A stretch of DNA of 64,000 bases from Bacilli bacterium (lineage in GTDB: Bacteria; Bacillota_I; Bacilli_A; RFN20; CAG-826), in contig JAKSVK010000004.1 in assembly GCA_024408075.1 (NCBI GenBank), forward strand, positions 10,222 through 74,221. The letters are read 5' to 3'. Positions 59,100 to 64,000 of this stretch are shown here, one piece after another; positions within the stretch are counted from its first letter, which is position 1; every line of letters starts with the position of its first letter. Under the pieces are notes generated by a model that worked only from the letters and a program-made list of their open reading frames with translations, made no database searches and was not told the origin of the DNA. The position numbers and the translations under genes were made by a program.

Positions 59100-60115
59100 A
59101 TATTAGCCTTTTGTTTATAATAAGTTTCCCAAATTTTTAATATATTATCCTTATTATAATATTTACTAATGTCAGATGATTTAGAAGAATAACTAGCAAA
59201 AACATCTTTGTCTTTTTCTAATTTTTGTAACTCCTCTGAAAATGATTTTGGGTCTTTTCCTTTTAGATAATAATCAAACAAAATTGGTGAGTATAAATCT
59301 AAATCTCTAAGTAAGATTGGAACACCAATTCTACTTGCTTCTAAGATAGCCATTGGAAAGAGTTCACAATAGCTTGGCATGAACAGACAATTTGAAATAT
59401 TATAAATATCATTCATCGATTTTCTATCTAAAATTCCCGGAAATTTTACGTTTTTAGGTGGGTTTTGCATGATTTTTTTATATTTTTTGTAACCATGCGT
59501 AATTCTTCCAAAAGAGAAACCTCCAGCCCAAATAAATTTCATATCTGGATTTAATTTTGCAGTTTCAATAAAGTCATCAATTCCTTTTCTTGTTTGAATT
59601 TGTCCCACTCCAAGAACCACAAATTCATCTAGACTAATTTCATACTTTTTTCTGATATCTAAAACTTCTTCATCACTCTTTTTGAAGAACTCACTACTGT
59701 CAACATAGTTAGGAATATAAGTTATTTTTTCTTTTGCAATTCCAAGCTCCAAAAGTGGATCAATAAAGCATGGATTAACAACTACTAAATTAGATGCTCT
59801 TTTGTAAAATGCATTAACGTATTTATTAAAAATCCATCCAATCAATTTAGGTAGTCTAATACTTCCATCATTTCGTGAAGGAATAAAATGAACATAAACA
59901 ATATTTCTTCCTTTATATCTTTTCATCTTAAAAAAGTAAGGAAGATTAACTGAGTGAATATGAATTAAATCAAAATTTTTCTTTTTAGAATTAATTTCAA
60001 CATCAAGTAAATTACTTTGTTTAATTAATCTAACTTGTTCAACAAAAGCACTTCCTACTCCTTGAGCAGGAACACTATCAGCTTTTGATAAAACATTAAT
60101 TCTAATTTTATCCAT
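59096..60115 (-). CDS. GT4 glycosyltransferase (glycolipid-synthase-like, DGS/CpoA-size class)
   Basis: 339 aa. It has the EX7E motif (SYCELFPMAILEASRIG) and the N-terminus INVLSKADSVPAQGVGSAFVEQ, which is typical of small Firmicute diacylglycerol-glycoside transferases. Confidence 0.7.
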   Translation of the reverse strand: MDKIRINVLSKADSVPAQGVGSAFVEQVRLIKQSNLLDVEINSKKKNFDLIHIHSVNLPYFFKMKRYKGRNIVYVHFIPSRNDGSIRLPKLIGWIFNKYVNAFYKRASNLVVVNPCFIDPLLELGIAKEKITYIPNYVDSSEFFKKSDEEVLDIRKKYEISLDEFVVLGVGQIQTRKGIDDFIETAKLNPDMKFIWAGGFSFGRITHGYKKYKKIMQNPPKNVKFPGILDRKSMNDIYNISNCLFMPSYCELFPMAILEASRIGVPILLRDLDLYSPILFDYYLKGKDPKSFSEELQKLEKDKDVFASYSSKSSDISKYYNKDNILKIWETYYKQKANI

Positions 60116-60194
60116 ATCTATTCTTACGATAACTATTATATAGTCAACTTCTAAAATTTGATATTAACTTTCAAAAGCTATATATCGCATAAAG

Positions 60195-60203
60195 TGATAT
60201 ATG
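60195..60203 (+). promoter_or_regulatory. Extended -10-like element (TGaTATATG) upstream of tldD, inside a TATCGC-ATAAA-GTGATA dyad
   Basis: It lies 36 nt upstream of the tldD ATG, and the AAAGGAGAA Shine-Dalgarno sequence follows. Confidence 0.35.
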
Positions 60204-60239
60204 TGCTAAACTATATTCACTAATTGAAAGGAGAACACG

Positions 60240-61640
60240 ATGTTATCTAAATCTTTAGCTATACAAGTATTAAATAAGTTATTAGAAACAGGTGCTGACT
60301 ATTCAGAAATATTTTTAGAATATAGTGAATCACACTCTTTGACTATTGATAATGGAAAGGTTGATGCTAGTAATAACGCTATAACTTCTGGTGTTGGATT
60401 AAGAATTCTTAAAAACAATCAAACAGTATATGGTTTTACATCAGATATTACTAAAAAAGGCTTAATGTCTTTAGCAGAATCATTAAACAAATCTTTTAAT
60501 GACAAACAAAGTTTGACTGTTACTAATTTAGAAAAAATTAAATGTAAAAATAGAAATGTTATCAAAAGAAGTTACAATGATGTACCTCTTCAAGAAAAAA
60601 TAGATTTATTAAAAGAAGGTATACGTGCAATAGAGACAAATAAAGATCCACGTATCGTTCGTCATATTGCAATGTTTGGAAATAATTCTAGACACGTTGA
60701 AGTATTTAACTCAAAAGGTAAACATTTCTCTCGTGATACAGAATTTGCAAGAATGATATTCCAAGTTGTTGCTGCGAATGAAAAAGGAATGGAAATTGGT
60801 TTTGAAGGACCAGGTTGTCAAAGTGACATATCATATTTCCATACAGTTGTTAATCCAGTGGACACAGCCAAAAAAGCAGTTAGAACAGCATTACTCATGC
60901 TTGATGCAAAAGAATGCCCAAGTGGAAAAATGCCAGTTGTTATCGGAAATGGCTGGGGTGGCGTATTATTCCACGAAGCTTGTGGACACCCACTTGAAGC
61001 CTCTGCAGTTTCACGTAATTTAAGTTATGCCTCTGGAAAAGAAGGCGAACTTATTGCTTCTCCTATTGTTACAGCTATTGATGATTCCACTATTCCAAAT
61101 GAATGGGGTAGCATTGATATTGATGATGAGGGCAATTTAGGAGAAAAACGAGTTCTTATTAAAGATGGAAAACTAGTTAATTTTATGATTGATGATTTTA
61201 ACGGAAGAAGAATGAAAAGAAACGGAAACGGTTCTTGCAGACGTCAAAATTATAAATATTGCCCAACTTCTAGAATGTCTAATACATATATAGCTAATGG
61301 AAAATCTACACCAGAAGAAATTATTAAATCTACGAAATTAGGATTATATACAGTTGGTTTTAACGGTGGAAGTGTTGATCCAACAACAGGTGAATTTAAT
61401 TTTGGTTGTAGTGAAGCATATATTATAAGAGATGGGAAAATCGCCGAACCAGTTAAAGGTGCAACCTTAATAGGAAAAGGTGAAGAAATACTTAAGAAGA
61501 TAGATATGATTGCTAATGATTTAGCATTTGGACAAGGTATGTGCGGAGCTGCATCAGGCAGTATTCGTACTAATGTTGGTCAACCAACTTTAAGAATTAG
61601 CGAAATCCTTGTCGGAGGAAGAGGAGGAGAGCTTAAATGA
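60240..61640 (+). CDS. tldD: TldD family metalloprotease
   Basis: 466 aa with the HEACGHPLE zinc motif. Confidence 0.9.
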   Translation: MLSKSLAIQVLNKLLETGADYSEIFLEYSESHSLTIDNGKVDASNNAITSGVGLRILKNNQTVYGFTSDITKKGLMSLAESLNKSFNDKQSLTVTNLEKIKCKNRNVIKRSYNDVPLQEKIDLLKEGIRAIETNKDPRIVRHIAMFGNNSRHVEVFNSKGKHFSRDTEFARMIFQVVAANEKGMEIGFEGPGCQSDISYFHTVVNPVDTAKKAVRTALLMLDAKECPSGKMPVVIGNGWGGVLFHEACGHPLEASAVSRNLSYASGKEGELIASPIVTAIDDSTIPNEWGSIDIDDEGNLGEKRVLIKDGKLVNFMIDDFNGRRMKRNGNGSCRRQNYKYCPTSRMSNTYIANGKSTPEEIIKSTKLGLYTVGFNGGSVDPTTGEFNFGCSEAYIIRDGKIAEPVKGATLIGKGEEILKKIDMIANDLAFGQGMCGAASGSIRTNVGQPTLRISEILVGGRGGELK

Positions 61641-62959
61641 AATACGATAAATTCTTTTTATTAGCTAAAGAAAAAGGAATTAGCGAAGCAGAAATATCAA
61701 TTTGCTCTGGTAGTTCTTTATCTTTCTCATTATTTCATGGAGAAATAGATAATTTTGAATCATCCAATAGTTCATCTTATTTATTAAGAGGTATATATAA
61801 TGGAAAAATGGGTTCTGTTGTTTCAGATATATATTCAAACTCTTTAGTGGAACAATTCGTAAATACCATTATTGAAAGTGCTAAAACGATTGAGAATAAT
61901 GATGAAGTCTTTATCTATAAAGGTGATAAAAAATATAAAAGAATCAATGTTTATAACAAACAACTTGAATCAATATCTATAGAAAAGAAAATAAATGATC
62001 TTCATCTATTAGAAGATAAAATCAAAAAAACAGATTCTCGTATATCTGAGGTTGAAAGTGTTTCTTATGGTGAAGATTCTTCGAGCTTTGTTTTGATGAA
62101 TTCTCATGGTTTAAAGCTACACACCAAATCTAATTCATTTTATTTTTACGGAGGAGCGGTTGCTAAAAAAGATAAACAAGTTAAAACAGGTGGAGATGTT
62201 TTCTTTGATAATGATTATTCAAAATTTAACATCGATGATTTTGCTAAAAATATTGTTAATGAAGCAGTCTCTCAATTAGATGGAGAACCATGTGAATCAG
62301 GTCAATATAAAGCAGTACTTGATAGAGAAGTAGTAAGCTCATTAACTAAGGCTTATATCTCAAGTGCAATTGCTGAGTCAGTACAGAAAAAATCATCTTT
62401 ATTTATTGGAAAATTAGGTGAAAAAATTGCTTCAAAACACGTAAATATTTCCGATAATCCACTCAAATCCTCATTATTTGCTAGGAGTTTTGATGATGAA
62501 GGTGTTGCAACTAAAAATACTGAAATTATAAAAAACGGTATTCTTAAAACTTATCTTTATAACTTAACAACAGCTAAAAAAGATGGAGTTAATTCTACTG
62601 GTCACGGTACTGTTAATGGTAGCAAAGTTGGCACCACTACTTGGTTTTTAGAAATGAAACCAGGAAAGAAGTCTTTAGATGAATTATTCAATATTATTGG
62701 TGATGGGGTTTATATTACCTCTGTACAAGGTCTTCATGCAGGATTAAATGCAATGAGCGGCAACTTCTCTTTACAAGCTAATGGTTTTTTAATCAAAAAT
62801 GGTAAAAAAGTTAGAAGTCTTGATATCATTACTATCTCTGGTAATTTAATTGACGTCTTTAAAGACATAACTTATGTCGGAAATGATTCAAAAATATTCT
62901 CTAGAGGAATTAAAGTACCATCAGTTGTAATAAAGAAAATAGTTGTATCAGGAAAATAG
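61637..62959 (+). CDS. pmbA: PmbA/TldE family protein (TldD partner)
   Basis: 440 aa. It shares the fold family but has no HExxxH motif, and it has an ATGA overlap with tldD. Confidence 0.85.
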   Translation: MKYDKFFLLAKEKGISEAEISICSGSSLSFSLFHGEIDNFESSNSSSYLLRGIYNGKMGSVVSDIYSNSLVEQFVNTIIESAKTIENNDEVFIYKGDKKYKRINVYNKQLESISIEKKINDLHLLEDKIKKTDSRISEVESVSYGEDSSSFVLMNSHGLKLHTKSNSFYFYGGAVAKKDKQVKTGGDVFFDNDYSKFNIDDFAKNIVNEAVSQLDGEPCESGQYKAVLDREVVSSLTKAYISSAIAESVQKKSSLFIGKLGEKIASKHVNISDNPLKSSLFARSFDDEGVATKNTEIIKNGILKTYLYNLTTAKKDGVNSTGHGTVNGSKVGTTTWFLEMKPGKKSLDELFNIIGDGVYITSVQGLHAGLNAMSGNFSLQANGFLIKNGKKVRSLDIITISGNLIDVFKDITYVGNDSKIFSRGIKVPSVVIKKIVVSGK

Positions 62960-62969
62960 GAGAAAAAAT

Positions 62970-63809
62970 ATGCAAGCCAAAAAAATTATTCGTGCTATCG
63001 CATTCTTAATTATCATCGTCTTATGTTTTGTTCAATTTATTAAAGAAATATCAAATATTAAAGACATTAACAATGTATTAGAATCAATCAAATACTACTC
63101 ATTTTATACTGCAACGACATTAAATGACATAGCCAAAATGTCTAAAGTAATGGCAATAATTGACTTGGTTGGTCAAATAGTTTCTAGTATAGTCGGAGTC
63201 GTTGGTCTTATATTTACATTTAAAGAAGAAGAGATGAAATCATCCAGATTTTTTGCAGGTGTTTTTGCTGAAACTGCATTTTTTACATTTGTAATTAATC
63301 TATATGGAATAATCAAAAGTAAAATAATACTTAAAGAAGCATACGATATTCCTACAAGCGCTATTATTATTGTCATAGTTGCACTTATTGGAGTCATATT
63401 GTTTAGTTGTTCTAACCGCAAAGAAGATAAAGCTAAAAAAAATTTATTTACAGCATCAATAGTAGCAACAATTGCTTGCTTTATTATTTGTTTAACTGAA
63501 GATCATACTGAATTTCTAACATATTACTACATATTTATAGCAATTGCTGGTGTTGTTGGAATAATAACTTATTATCTTCCAGAATATGCAAGTGCCACTA
63601 CTACAAAAGGCAATATTAGTTCAATACCTGCATCAAATTATAATCCTGATAATCAAGTCTCCAAACCAGACCCAATTATAGTAGAAACAAAGCCTCAAGT
63701 TAATGACGCAAGTGAACAACTTATCAAATTAAAAAATCTATATGATAATGGCGTAATCTCTAAAGAAGAATATGAAGAGAAACGCAAGAAATATATAGAT
63801 TTACTTTAA
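62970..63809 (+). CDS. Polytopic membrane protein with a C-terminal SHOCT domain
   Basis: The start is the ATG at 62970 (MQAKKIIRAIAFL), after an AGGAGAAAAAAT sequence. It has ~6 TM helices. The C-terminus LIKLKNLYDNGVISKEEYEEKRKKYIDLL matches the SHOCT pattern. Confidence 0.65.
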   Translation: MQAKKIIRAIAFLIIIVLCFVQFIKEISNIKDINNVLESIKYYSFYTATTLNDIAKMSKVMAIIDLVGQIVSSIVGVVGLIFTFKEEEMKSSRFFAGVFAETAFFTFVINLYGIIKSKIILKEAYDIPTSAIIIVIVALIGVILFSCSNRKEDKAKKNLFTASIVATIACFIICLTEDHTEFLTYYYIFIAIAGVVGIITYYLPEYASATTTKGNISSIPASNYNPDNQVSKPDPIIVETKPQVNDASEQLIKLKNLYDNGVISKEEYEEKRKKYIDLL

Positions 63810-64000
63810 TTTAAGTTTAGAGTTCAATTCTTTACGTGATTGAGTATTTAATTTAATTAATTTAAAAGGAACACTCAAAACTTGTTTTTTCTCTGCTTTT
63901 GGAAGAGAAAATGTAGCACGTAGTAATTTAAATGGGTGAGTAAATAATCCAGTTAATGTAATTTTATTACCAGTATGTAATATTTTAGATATCGTATTAA
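63801..64000 (-). CDS. 3' end of an unidentified gene entering from the right edge
   Basis: The reverse-strand frame is open from the window edge to the TAA at 63801-63803 (...LTGLFTHPFKLLRATFSLPKAEKKQVLSVPFKLIKLNTQSRKELNSKLKLK). I recognise no family. Confidence 0.35.
   Translation of the reverse strand, partial: NTISKILHTGNKITLTGLFTHPFKLLRATFSLPKAEKKQVLSVPFKLIKLNTQSRKELNSKLKLK

Overview
This 64-kb window comes from a low-GC (roughly 30-33% by eye) chromosome of the Firmicutes/Mollicutes lineage. It uses the standard genetic code: TGA ends rpmJ, prs and folD. The window is densely coding and mostly core genome. The centre (18.2-33.3 kb, minus strand) is a complete S10-spc-alpha ribosomal protein cluster, rpsJ through rplQ, including secY, adk, map, infA, rpmJ and rpoA. 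It has no rpmD (L30). Several of its proteins carry Lys/Ala/Pro/Glu-rich tails. Left of the cluster lie a partial ribonucleotide reductase start, yebC, truA-ecfT-ecfA2-ecfA1, a SigH-like sigma factor, rlmB and cysS. Next comes a trimeric HydABC-type [FeFe] hydrogenase whose HydA L1 motif reads TSCSPGW instead of TSCCPxW. After it come a lipoprotein, a GT10 fucosyltransferase-like gene, preT-preA, and a hydrolase-like/GT4 fusion. Right of the cluster lie an operon of an unknown ORF plus prs, tgt, queA and queH; a pepT-comEB-folD-nucleoside hydrolase-rbsK operon; several orphan membrane proteins, two of them paralogs; and a degenerate M50-like protein with a TetR regulator. These are followed by psuG, a P-type ATPase, tadA directly preceded by a minimal (~78 nt) SRP RNA, a CPBP protease, lgt, arcC, gdhA-DUF1015-serC-serA, a choloylglycine-hydrolase-family lipoprotein, a second GT4, and tldD-pmbA with a SHOCT-domain membrane protein. 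I found no rRNA, tRNA, CRISPR array, transposase, integrase or recognisable defence or toxin system, and no single obvious novel multi-gene system. The items most worth follow-up are listed under findings. The gene content suggests a gut-associated anaerobe close to Acholeplasma, Anaeroplasma or RF39. The supporting features are the hydrogenase, preTA, the BSH-family hydrolase, glycolipid-type GT4s, the tiny SRP RNA, the missing L30 and TGA used as a stop. This placement is inference only.
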